Positions 37,475-45,990 of a stretch of DNA of 62,638 nucleotides are shown here, piece after piece. The stretch covers positions 146,620 to 209,257 of the forward strand of contig CAZSKP010000002.1 in assembly GCA_964607485.1 (NCBI GenBank). The letters run 5' to 3'. The position numbers and the translations under genes were made by a program. Source of the stretch: an uncultured bacterium. Its GTDB lineage: Bacteria; Abyssobacteria; SURF-5. A model generated the notes under the pieces. The model was not told the origin of the DNA, made no database searches, and saw only the letters and a list, made by a program, of their open reading frames with translations. Each line of letters begins with the position of its first letter. Within the stretch, counting starts at the first letter, position 1.

Positions 37475-38880
37475 CGTTTCCTGAGCCCTCCGGCTCGCGG
37501 CTTTTTTTTCCGTTCCCTTCGCCTGATTTCCAGCCGGAACGGAACGCCGGAGAAATCGAATCGCTCCCGGAGCCGGTTCTCCAAGTATCGGAGGTACGTC
37601 TTGTCGGGCGAATCGACGCGGTTCATGAACAGCACGAACGTCGGCGGGGCAACCGACGCCTGCGTGGCATAGAGCAGTTTCGGAACGACGCCCTTGCTCA
37701 CGCGCGGCGGGTGGGCGCGGAATATCTCCTGCATGTAGTCGTTCAGCTCGCTGGTGGGAACGCGCCGCACGTAGTTCTCGCGCACGCGCCTCACCTCGGC
37801 GAAAATCCTGTCGAGCCGCAGCCCGGTCTTGGCGGAAATGGACACGACGGGAACGTATGAAAGGTTGGGCATCTTCCGGCGGATGTGGCTCACCAGCGCG
37901 TCAAACGTGCGATGGTCCTTCTCGGCGATGTCCCACTTGTTCAGCGCGATCACCTGCGCGCGCTCGTTCGTGTGTATCTGGTTCGCGATGCGGCAGTCCT
38001 GTTCGGTCACGCCGGACGCGCCGCTCGCATCGACGAGCAGCAGCGCGACGTCGCAGCGCCGGATGCTTCCCAGCGCGCGTTTGACGCTGTAGCGGTCAAC
38101 GCCCTGTTTCACCTTGCTCGGCTTCTTGAGCCCGGCCGTGTCGATGAGCACATAGGCCTCGTCGCCCCGTCGAAAATGGACATCGACCGAATCGCGCGTC
38201 GTGCCCGCCTCCTCGTCCACTATCACGCGTTCCTCGTTCAACAGGGCGTTCACGAGCGACGATTTCCCGACGTTGGGCTGACCCACTATCGCCACTCTTA
38301 TCGCGCCGGCGGCCGGCTCGGCCTCGACATGCTCAGGGACGGCCTCGGCCACCGAATCCAGAAGCTCGCCGATGCCGAGACCGTGCAGCGCGGAGATGGG
38401 GTGCGCCGGATGGAAGCCGAGCGAATACATCTCCGCGGCGTCGAGCGCGCGTTCCTCGTTGTCGGCCTTGTTGACGGCGAGTATCACCCGCTTGCCGCTC
38501 TGGCGGAGCACCTGCGCCACCTCCTCGTCGCCCGGCGTGACTCCGTCAACGGCGTCCGTCACGAAGACGATGCATGCGGCGTCGTCCACGGCTCTGAGAA
38601 TCTGGGCGTACACGTGGCGGGTGATCTTGTCCGCGCTCCCGGAGGTGAGGCCGCCGGTGTCAACCACGTCGAACAGCCGGCCGCTCCACTCGACCTCGCC
38701 GTAGATGCGGTCGCGCGTGACGCCCGGCTGGTCGTCAACAATCGCGGTCCGCCTGCCCGTGAGCCGGTTGAACAGCGTCGATTTTCCGACGTTGGGCCTG
38801 CCGACTATGGCGACGAGCGGCTTCGCGCTCCCGCCTTCTTTTTGAGCCGGCTCTCGCATTACTCTTTCCTGCATCGTCAT
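37471..38880 (-). CDS. der: Ribosome biogenesis GTPase Der (EngA)
   Basis: Two G domains (GRPNVGKS/DTGG/NKAD and GQPNVGKS/DTAG/NKWD) and a KH-like tail (YLRYLEN.LR..F). Confidence 0.97.
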   Translation of the reverse strand: MTMQERVMREPAQKEGGSAKPLVAIVGRPNVGKSTLFNRLTGRRTAIVDDQPGVTRDRIYGEVEWSGRLFDVVDTGGLTSGSADKITRHVYAQILRAVDDAACIVFVTDAVDGVTPGDEEVAQVLRQSGKRVILAVNKADNEERALDAAEMYSLGFHPAHPISALHGLGIGELLDSVAEAVPEHVEAEPAAGAIRVAIVGQPNVGKSSLVNALLNEERVIVDEEAGTTRDSVDVHFRRGDEAYVLIDTAGLKKPSKVKQGVDRYSVKRALGSIRRCDVALLLVDASGASGVTEQDCRIANQIHTNERAQVIALNKWDIAEKDHRTFDALVSHIRRKMPNLSYVPVVSISAKTGLRLDRIFAEVRRVRENYVRRVPTSELNDYMQEIFRAHPPRVSKGVVPKLLYATQASVAPPTFVLFMNRVDSPDKTYLRYLENRLRERFDFSGVPFRLEIRRRERKKKPRAGGLRKR

Positions 38881-38941
38881 CTGGAATATTTCACTAACTG
38901 CAATTTTACCATATGCCTACGCGACCGACAAAGATTTCGCA

Positions 38942-39017
38942 GGGCAGGCACGGGGGCCTGCCCCTACAAACTCACGTGGTGTGGAAAAAGAAAGGCAACC
39001 ACGCGGGTCGCCCCTAC
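38942..39017 (-). repeat. Two GTAG-type REP palindromes in the same orientation
   Basis: Minus strand GTAGGGGCAGGCCCCCGTGCCTGCCC (38967-38942) and GTAGGGGCGACCCGCGTGGTTGCC (39017-38994). Confidence 0.75.
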
Positions 39018-39046
39018 CGGAGGATTTCTGACAGTCCAGCAGGGAC

Positions 39047-39330
39047 AAAATATGGGGACAGACGCCAAATTTACAAAATATGGAAAAATATGGGGACAGA
39101 CACCATATTTATGGTCATAACAGATGCTATATAAATAGTTTATACATTTCGATTGGAAATAGTATATGACAGTATTTGTTGGTAATTGCACAGTATTCCC
39201 GTTAGTACAGCTCATTTCGAGGGGCTTCAGGTAGTGACGGGACGATTCGGTGAAGCTACAGCTCTGGGTGGGCATTAATTTAATACACTAATAGACCATA
39301 TGTTACAAAAGAAAATATGGTGTCTGTCCC
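39047..39330. mobile_element. AT-rich MITE/REPIN-like element with 18-bp inverted repeats
   Basis: GGGACAGACACCATATTT (39093-110) and its exact reverse complement (39313-330); an imperfect direct copy of the left end lies 38 bp upstream. Confidence 0.55.
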
Positions 39331-39354
39331 TATATAGGGAACGCGCCGGGTTCC

Positions 39355-40566
39355 TCACTCTCTCCGTGCGACGTCCAGAACAATCTTGAAGGTGGGTTCC
39401 CTGTCCTTGCGGGTCATGGCCTCGACGGCGCGCCTAATCTCCCTGATGGGAAACCGGTGCGAGATGAACGGCGCGGTTTGAATCTTCCCCTCGCGAATCA
39501 GGTCGATGGCCCACTCGAACGACGTGCGCGACACGCCGTCGAAATGTTCCTGCCCGTGACAGTTGATGCCGGTGATGTGGATTTCCTGGTGCCATATCGG
39601 GGCGATGTCTATCTTGGAGTAGGCGAGTTGCACGCCGCTCAGCACGATAGCGCCCTGTCCCCTGACCCAGCGCATGGCGTCCTGAAAGGTCGTGCCCGAG
39701 CCGACGGTGTCGTGAACGATGTCGTATCCTCCGAGGATCATACGGCTGCCCATCATGCCGTCGAAGAGGCGTCCGCCCGTGCGCTCGGCGACCGCGCGGT
39801 AGGGGTCGCCTCCCCGGATGACGTCGTCGGCGCCCAGCCGCCGGGCCATATCCTCCTGCGCCGGATAGCGTGCCAATACGGCCACGCGGCTCTCCGGCTC
39901 GACTGCCTTGACGACCTGAAGGATGTTGAGCCCGACCGTTCCCGCTCCGATGACGAGCACGCGGTCGCCCGGCTGCGGCGGATGCTTGAGGACGGCGTGG
40001 ACGGCGACGGCGATGGGTTCGGTCATCAGCGCCTGGTCCTCCGTGAAATCGTCTGGCAGCCTGACCCATTGCGACTGGTGAGCGATCATGAACTCGGAAA
40101 AGCCGCCGCCGCGGTTCAAAGGAAGCGTCCCTTTGTCGGGAGTGAGGCAAAGCGTGTAGTTGCCCTCGGCGCAGGGCGGGCACGGCTCGAGCTCGAGCGC
40201 CTTGCAGCTCGGGAAGAATCCCAGAAAGCTGACCTTGTCTCCCCTCTTCAGGCCCGACACCTCCCCTCCCGCGTCCACGACTTCGCCGTATATCTCGTGG
40301 CCGAGGAAGATGCGTTCCATGCCCGGAATCGCCGTGATGCTGACTCCCGGCTTGAAATCGAGCTCAAGGAGGTGCATGTCGCTGCCGCACAGGCCGCACG
40401 AATGCACGCGCACCTTGACCCACTGCGGTCCCGGCAGCTCCGGCTCGGGCAGGTCGCCCATGCGCAGGGGAGATAGCGGCGACCATATGGCGCCCTTGTG
40501 AAACCGCGCGAGAATCTGGGTGAGCGCAATCTTCCAGAGGTTCGTGTCGAAGTAAACCGATAGCAT
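39355..40566 (-). CDS. Zn-dependent medium-chain dehydrogenase (MDR)
   Basis: CGLCGSD, GHE, structural-Zn Cys cluster, GAGTVG. Confidence 0.9.
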   Translation of the reverse strand: MLSVYFDTNLWKIALTQILARFHKGAIWSPLSPLRMGDLPEPELPGPQWVKVRVHSCGLCGSDMHLLELDFKPGVSITAIPGMERIFLGHEIYGEVVDAGGEVSGLKRGDKVSFLGFFPSCKALELEPCPPCAEGNYTLCLTPDKGTLPLNRGGGFSEFMIAHQSQWVRLPDDFTEDQALMTEPIAVAVHAVLKHPPQPGDRVLVIGAGTVGLNILQVVKAVEPESRVAVLARYPAQEDMARRLGADDVIRGGDPYRAVAERTGGRLFDGMMGSRMILGGYDIVHDTVGSGTTFQDAMRWVRGQGAIVLSGVQLAYSKIDIAPIWHQEIHITGINCHGQEHFDGVSRTSFEWAIDLIREGKIQTAPFISHRFPIREIRRAVEAMTRKDREPTFKIVLDVARRE

Positions 40567-40607
40567 TGCTCCGTCCCTTCAGGGTCCTTTCTTTTGCGAG
40601 AGCGCCG

Positions 40608-41762
40608 TCATTTCGAGTCGGCTTCCACAAGACGCTTGCCCAGCAGGTTCAGCTTGAATCGCCTGATGCTTTCCGGCGGTATCATTTCGCCCTTCGGACT
40701 CCTGAAATGCAGCGCGTCGAAGGGGCACTGGACGATGCAGGCGCCGCATTGAACGCAGCGCACCGCTCCGGGCATGGTGGCGACGCGTCGGTCCGCGCTC
40801 ATCCGGTAACAATTTCTCGGACAGACCTCTTCGCAGAAGCCCGCGCCTCTGCATTTCTCCTTGTCGAGGACGACGCTCAACAGGCTGTCCTCATGCAGGC
40901 CGCTCTTGTACACGGGCGTGCTGCCCATCAAGTCCATGCTCAGGACGAGAACGACAACGAACGAGACAAAGCCCCAGCGAAGAATGAACGACCAACTGAA
41001 TTCGCCGGTCGAAATGCTGTATGCGACAAAGCCGACCATGAGCGCAGCCCACAGAATCAGCTGCAATCCGCCCCGCCCAAAATCGAATAAGACGAAGCCG
41101 ACTCTCTTTCGGCCGGGTTTCAGCAAATGGCCATACAGAGGGAACGGCACGAAGATGCAGAAAGATAATCCCCACACCAGCACGCTAAGAGGAAAGACCG
41201 CGTGAGGCCAGAAAGGAATCGTGATGAGCGCCAGGATGGCGGAAATCGGAAATGCCCAGGCGACGGCCATCTCGATACGCTGCAACATGGGGAAGCGCAC
41301 CTCCCGCATCTCCGGGGTTTTCTTGAGATGGTCTTCGACGAAGCGGGGGATGTCACGTGCATAGACGGGGCCCCAGATGATGTTCCACCCCGTCTTCTTC
41401 CGCACGACCCTCGACTCGATGCCCGTGGCGGCGAGCTGGGGCAATATCACGTTCCTGTGAGCCACGAGGTCGTCGATTCCGCTGGTTTTCAGGACCGAAA
41501 TGACATCGTGATTCGTGAAGAGCCCTCCCGTGGCCGCGCACCACACGTTGACTCCCCGGCTGTTGGCGACGAGAAGATAAGCGTTCAGCCCCTTCAGTGC
41601 TCTTTTTACTCTTTCGACGGTGAGATGAAAATTGCAGGTCAGCAGGACCGGTGAATTGTTGTCCGGATTTCCGATCTTCACCAAGCCTGTCTTAGCGCGA
41701 AAGGGCAGCCCTCTCAGCAGCGTTTCGACAATCGTCACGACGATGTAGCCAAGCAGGTTCAT
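40608..41762 (-). CDS. HgcAB-like fusion: CdhD/AcsC-type corrinoid domain + TM helices + ferredoxin
   Basis: GNPDNNSPVLLTCNF, GVNVWCAATGG cap helix, ILPQLAATG, WGPVYARDIP, 4-5 TM helices, CRGAGFCEEVCP and CVQCGACIVQCP; ATGA overlap with the upstream gene. Confidence 0.88.
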   Translation of the reverse strand: MNLLGYIVVTIVETLLRGLPFRAKTGLVKIGNPDNNSPVLLTCNFHLTVERVKRALKGLNAYLLVANSRGVNVWCAATGGLFTNHDVISVLKTSGIDDLVAHRNVILPQLAATGIESRVVRKKTGWNIIWGPVYARDIPRFVEDHLKKTPEMREVRFPMLQRIEMAVAWAFPISAILALITIPFWPHAVFPLSVLVWGLSFCIFVPFPLYGHLLKPGRKRVGFVLFDFGRGGLQLILWAALMVGFVAYSISTGEFSWSFILRWGFVSFVVVLVLSMDLMGSTPVYKSGLHEDSLLSVVLDKEKCRGAGFCEEVCPRNCYRMSADRRVATMPGAVRCVQCGACIVQCPFDALHFRSPKGEMIPPESIRRFKLNLLGKRLVEADSK

Positions 41763-42424
41763 TTCCTCTCGCCCCCCTTTTCCGCAACCAGCTCGATAAA
41801 CGTCCCGAGCCCGTTCAGTCTGACCGACCGTATTGTCAAGCCCACTTTTTCTATTTTCGCCGGCAGATTCGGGACGGCGCGCGTGGTGGTCTGGGTGATG
41901 ATGTACGTGATGATCACGAGAGGAACCCGTATCAGCCAACTGAGCGCCCTTTTCAGAATGCTGTCGGGCTTCACTTCATCCGCGACAAGCAGTATGCCTC
42001 CGGGCTTCAATATCCTGCTCACCTCTTTCAGCGTATAGGCCAACTCTTCCTCGGTCAATTCGGAAAAACAGAGGCCGCTCGTGACCGCGTGGTAGCTTTC
42101 CGAATCCTCATCTCCAAGCTCGGCGACGCCCATCTCGCAGAGCTCGACGTTTTCCGTGAGACCCTCTTCGCTCGCCCGCTTTCGCGCGATTTCCATCATC
42201 TGCGGGTTCACGTCGATTCCTTTCACTCTCGCATGTTTCCGAGCGGCTCTGAGCGTCAGCGCCCCGGTGCCGCAGCCGATGTCGAGCACCTTCTGGCCGT
42301 CCTTGACGTGGGACGCCAGGCGGTCATATGCCTCATCCACCATCCCGAGCGTCAGCATCCGGATACCCCTGTCATACCTGCTCGGGGCGGATTCCAATAT
42401 CTTCATCAAGATGTACGTGCTCAT
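41759..42424 (-). CDS. Class I SAM-dependent methyltransferase (corrinoid-protein associated)
   Basis: VLDIGCGTG, GIDVN, RILKPGG; translationally coupled to the corrinoid fusion. Confidence 0.88.
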   Translation of the reverse strand: MSTYILMKILESAPSRYDRGIRMLTLGMVDEAYDRLASHVKDGQKVLDIGCGTGALTLRAARKHARVKGIDVNPQMMEIARKRASEEGLTENVELCEMGVAELGDEDSESYHAVTSGLCFSELTEEELAYTLKEVSRILKPGGILLVADEVKPDSILKRALSWLIRVPLVIITYIITQTTTRAVPNLPAKIEKVGLTIRSVRLNGLGTFIELVAEKGGERK

Positions 42425-42594
42425 CGGTTCACGCTCACGACAGGACTATATCGTACGACATATCCGTCATATGGTCAATCGCGGGAGAAAATGCGTCCCC
42501 CATCTGAAATTTACCATTTAACGATTTGGCGTCATAGTAATAGATGGCAATCGAGTGGCCGAGGCTTTTTCTTATTGAGAAAGGAGCGTCGAAA

Positions 42595-43185
42595 ATGGGT
42601 GGGAAAAGAGGCGTGTGGCTGGTTGTGGTTCTGGCTGTGGCTTTGCTGGCGACCGCGGGATTCGTCTATGCCGCGGAACACCCGGCGGAGCATCCGAGCG
42701 GAACGATGCAAATGGAGCACCCGGCGAAACAAATGGGCGGGATGCAACAAGCCGAGCTGACGAAGCAGGACCTGGCGGACGCAATCCGGACCTACGTGGA
42801 CAAAGACTCGGACCTCAAGGGAGGATATTTCCTGATTTACGACAGGCAGGAAGAGGAACCCCTCGTCCTCACCCTGAAAGACGTCCATGAAGACCGGCTC
42901 GCAACCATCGGCAACGGGACGTATTTCGCGTGTGCGGACTTCGTGACACCCGACGGCAAGCTCTACGACCTGGACATCTTCATGAAGGGGACCAATAAGG
43001 ACAACATGGAAGTCACCGACATTACTATCCACAAAGCGGGTGGCAAGGAAAGGTACACCTGGTTCGAGGACAAGGGCGTATGGAAGATGAAGCCTCTCCC
43101 CGGGCCGGAAGGAACCATGCCCAAGCAAATGAAGGGAATGGAAGGGACAATGCACAAGGGCATGGAAGGATCCGGGAGCAAGTAA
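42595..43185 (+). CDS. Exported protein with EHP repeats and Met-rich tails
   Basis: Signal peptide (VYA-A), AEHPAEHP..MQMEHP, C-terminal KGMEG x2; AAGGAG RBS. Confidence 0.75.
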   Translation: MGGKRGVWLVVVLAVALLATAGFVYAAEHPAEHPSGTMQMEHPAKQMGGMQQAELTKQDLADAIRTYVDKDSDLKGGYFLIYDRQEEEPLVLTLKDVHEDRLATIGNGTYFACADFVTPDGKLYDLDIFMKGTNKDNMEVTDITIHKAGGKERYTWFEDKGVWKMKPLPGPEGTMPKQMKGMEGTMHKGMEGSGSK

Positions 43186-43262
43186 GACAATAGGAGCGAA
43201 GGTCCCTGTTCAAAGCATGCGGCGACGACTGTGAATGTGTCCCACGATTGCGATACAGTCTC

Positions 43263-43327
43263 TTGCAGGCAAGATGCCTGCGCTACGAAACGGTAGCTCC
43301 GAAGTAGCGCAGGCTTCTAGCCTGCAA
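43263..43327. repeat. Inverted pair of GTAG-type REPs (REPIN-like doublet)
   Basis: GTAGCGCAGGCATCTTGCCTGC (minus, 43286-43265) and GTAGCGCAGGCTTCTAGCCTGC (plus, 43304-43325). Confidence 0.8.
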
Positions 43328-43462
43328 ATGGAATCGCTGCATGGTATAGCTTAACTGGAAAGCATAAGGACCGTCGTACAAATTACGGCAACTGTGGGAC
43401 CAATTCTCTGTCCCTCGAGCGAAAAGGGAGTAATCATTGTGAGAGGAAGAGGAGATCGCTCG

Positions 43463-44467
43463 ATGCCCGTGTGGCTCGTCGTCATAATACTCTTCGGGAT
43501 AATGCCGGCCGTGCGGTGTTCCGAAGAATCCGCTCCCGACCCCCCGGAGCGGACGGTCGATGTGGTCTATCGATTCACGATCCACGACCTCCCGGCCGAC
43601 GCGAGAGAGGTTGACGCGTGGGTTCCGGTGCCTCTGTCAGACGCGTGGCAGCGTGTGGAGGTCTTCGAGGTCGAGGGAAATTGGCCGTACAAGGTCCTCG
43701 ACGGGTCCGAGTACGGGAATCGCTTCATCCACCTCGACCTCTCCGGCGCAAAGCCGCAGGGTGACGCGGATCTCTCCGTCTCTGTGAGCTTTCGGGTTAA
43801 CCGGAAATCATGCCGGGTACTCGACGGCGCAGGAAAGGGCGACGCGGTCTCGCAGGCGGACCTCGAGCGCTTCCTTGCCCCCGACAGCCTGATTCCGATC
43901 GACGGGAAAATCGCCGACGAAGCCCGGCGCGTGGCGGGCGATGCCCAGGAGCCGCTCCGGCAGACGAGACTCCTGTACGACCACATAGTTGACAGCGTCG
44001 TCTATGACAAGAGCGGCGACGGCTGGGGCCGGGGAGACGCTCTCTACGTATGCGATACGCGTGCGGGCAACTGCACGGATTTTCATTCGCTCCTCATCGG
44101 CGAGGCGCGTGCCCTGGGCATCCCGGCGCGGTTCGTCATGGGACTGCCCCTGCCCCGCGGAGAGCAGGAGGGGGCGATAACGGGCTATCACTGCTGGGCC
44201 GAGCTCTACATCGAGGGCCGCGGCTGGGTTCCCGTGGACGCTTCCGAGGCGAGCAAGGACCGGAGGTATCGTGAAGTCTTCTTCGGCGGACTCGACGCAA
44301 ACCGCGTTGCGTTCACCATCGGCAGAGACATTCGCATTCCGCAGGCTTGTGCGGGTCCTCTCAATTACGTCATCTACCCGCACGTAGAGGTGGACGGCCA
44401 ACCATACGAGAACGTGGAGACCAGCCTGCGCTTCCGCGAGGTGGAGGGCCTTCATCCCGAAGGCTGA
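43463..44467 (+). CDS. Exported transglutaminase-like domain protein
   Basis: Cys-His-Asp triad: GNCTDFH, YHCWAELY, WVPVDAS; hydrophobic N-terminus. Confidence 0.85.
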   Translation: MPVWLVVIILFGIMPAVRCSEESAPDPPERTVDVVYRFTIHDLPADAREVDAWVPVPLSDAWQRVEVFEVEGNWPYKVLDGSEYGNRFIHLDLSGAKPQGDADLSVSVSFRVNRKSCRVLDGAGKGDAVSQADLERFLAPDSLIPIDGKIADEARRVAGDAQEPLRQTRLLYDHIVDSVVYDKSGDGWGRGDALYVCDTRAGNCTDFHSLLIGEARALGIPARFVMGLPLPRGEQEGAITGYHCWAELYIEGRGWVPVDASEASKDRRYREVFFGGLDANRVAFTIGRDIRIPQACAGPLNYVIYPHVEVDGQPYENVETSLRFREVEGLHPEG

Positions 44468-44506
44468 CCGCGAAGGTCCTCCTGAACTGCCGGCAGACTT
44501 GTGCGC

Positions 44507-45916
44507 TCAGGCTCTCTTCCCGCTTATTTCCGCATACCTGACGAGCGCGTACATCGCCTTGGCGCAATCCATGGGGTCGTCGAAGAAGGGAATGTGCTTG
44601 CCCTTGAAAATTTCGTACGCGGGCCCCGCCAGTTCGTGCTCGCTCGCGCAGATGAGAGGCTTCCCATATTCTTCGGGTATCGCGGCCAGCGCCTCGGCCA
44701 TCCGGAGGCGCCCAATCATCTTCTCCGGCTTCGTGTTGCGGTCGAATCCTCCAAGATGCGGGGTCATGATTATTCCGTCGATATAGTCCTGCCTGGTGAC
44801 AATCTTGACTATGTCGAGGTAGGCCTCATTGCTCTTGCGGGCGATGCAATCGATCGGGTTCACGGGCGGCGGCGCAAACTCGCGCATCTGTGCTCGCAGC
44901 TCGGCCTGCGCCTCGGCGCTCATCTCGGGCAAATCCATGCCCATCCGCGAGCACGCCTCGGTGGCGGTCACGCAGAATCCGCCCGCGGAGGAGATGACGG
45001 CCACGCGGTTCTTCTTGGGTAGCGGCAGGTAGCACAGCGCCTCGGCCATGTCGAATATCTCCATGAAATCGTTCCATCGTATGATTCCCGCTTGGCGGCA
45101 GGCGGCGTCGAAGACATCGTCGTCGCCCACCATCGCCGCCGTGTGCGAGCGCGCCGCGCGCGCGGCCGCCTGGGTGGTACCGGCTTTATAAATGAGCAGA
45201 GGCTTCTTTCGGACGACCTCGCGCGCGACCTCCAGAAACCGGCGGCCGTCGCCCACGTCCTCGACGTATCCGATGACCACGCGCGAAGTCGGGTCGTCGC
45301 CGAGGTACTCGAGGCAATCGTTGAAGGTGACGCAGGCCTGGTTTCCGCAACTGATGAACTTGCTGATGCCGTAGCCGCGCTTCTGCGTCGCGTTGTACAG
45401 ATACTCGCCCAGCGAACCGCTCTGAGAGACGAAGGAAATGGGGCCCTTGGGCGGCAGGTCCCAGAACAGCGTGTTCACGTCGCCCTCGGAACTCCAGATG
45501 CCCCAGCAGTTGGGCCCGATGAAATAGAAGCCCGCCTCTTTGGCCTCATTGGCGAGTCGCTTCTGCATTTCCGCTCCGTCGGCGCTCACTTCCGCGAAGC
45601 CGGCCGTGATGACGATGCCGCCCTTGACCTTCTTCTGAATGCACTCGCGCAGAACGGCGGGCACGGCGGAGGCGTTGACCACGATAACCGCGAGGTCGAT
45701 GTCCGCCGGCGCCTCGGAAAGGCTCGGGTAGCAAGGAAGCCCCTGGACCTCCTTTTCGTTCGGGTTGATGGGGTAGAGCGCATTACGGTATCCGGCGGCG
45801 AGCATGTTCAGCATCGTGCCGTAGCCCCATCGCTCAGGGTTATTGCTCGCCCCCACTATCGCAACCGAACGCGGCCTGAATATCGCGTCCAGCGACTGTT
45901 TCATGCGGGTGTCCAT
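44507..45916 (-). CDS. NDP-forming acyl-CoA synthetase alpha-subunit-like (CoA-binding) protein
   Basis: FRPRSVAIVGAS, GPNCWG, SQSG, ARSHTAAM (phospho-His), NPID; no ATP-grasp domain. Confidence 0.88.
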   Translation of the reverse strand: MDTRMKQSLDAIFRPRSVAIVGASNNPERWGYGTMLNMLAAGYRNALYPINPNEKEVQGLPCYPSLSEAPADIDLAVIVVNASAVPAVLRECIQKKVKGGIVITAGFAEVSADGAEMQKRLANEAKEAGFYFIGPNCWGIWSSEGDVNTLFWDLPPKGPISFVSQSGSLGEYLYNATQKRGYGISKFISCGNQACVTFNDCLEYLGDDPTSRVVIGYVEDVGDGRRFLEVAREVVRKKPLLIYKAGTTQAAARAARSHTAAMVGDDDVFDAACRQAGIIRWNDFMEIFDMAEALCYLPLPKKNRVAVISSAGGFCVTATEACSRMGMDLPEMSAEAQAELRAQMREFAPPPVNPIDCIARKSNEAYLDIVKIVTRQDYIDGIIMTPHLGGFDRNTKPEKMIGRLRMAEALAAIPEEYGKPLICASEHELAGPAYEIFKGKHIPFFDDPMDCAKAMYALVRYAEISGKRA

Positions 45917-45990
45917 TCACCAATTCTCCTCTTCATCCTCTCAACGACACTCTCTAACAAATTGCAATACGTTCTTCGTAGATTCTTCCG

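Noticed and set aside
38964-39275. 103-aa ORF as a transposase remnant
   Set aside because: It has no HUH or DDE motif and runs through repeats, so it cannot be supported.
40608-41762. Bona fide hgcA/hgcB mercury-methylation genes
   Set aside because: The architecture is fused, the cap helix lacks GK, one ferredoxin Cys is missing and there is no terminal Cys pair. It is reported only as HgcAB-like.
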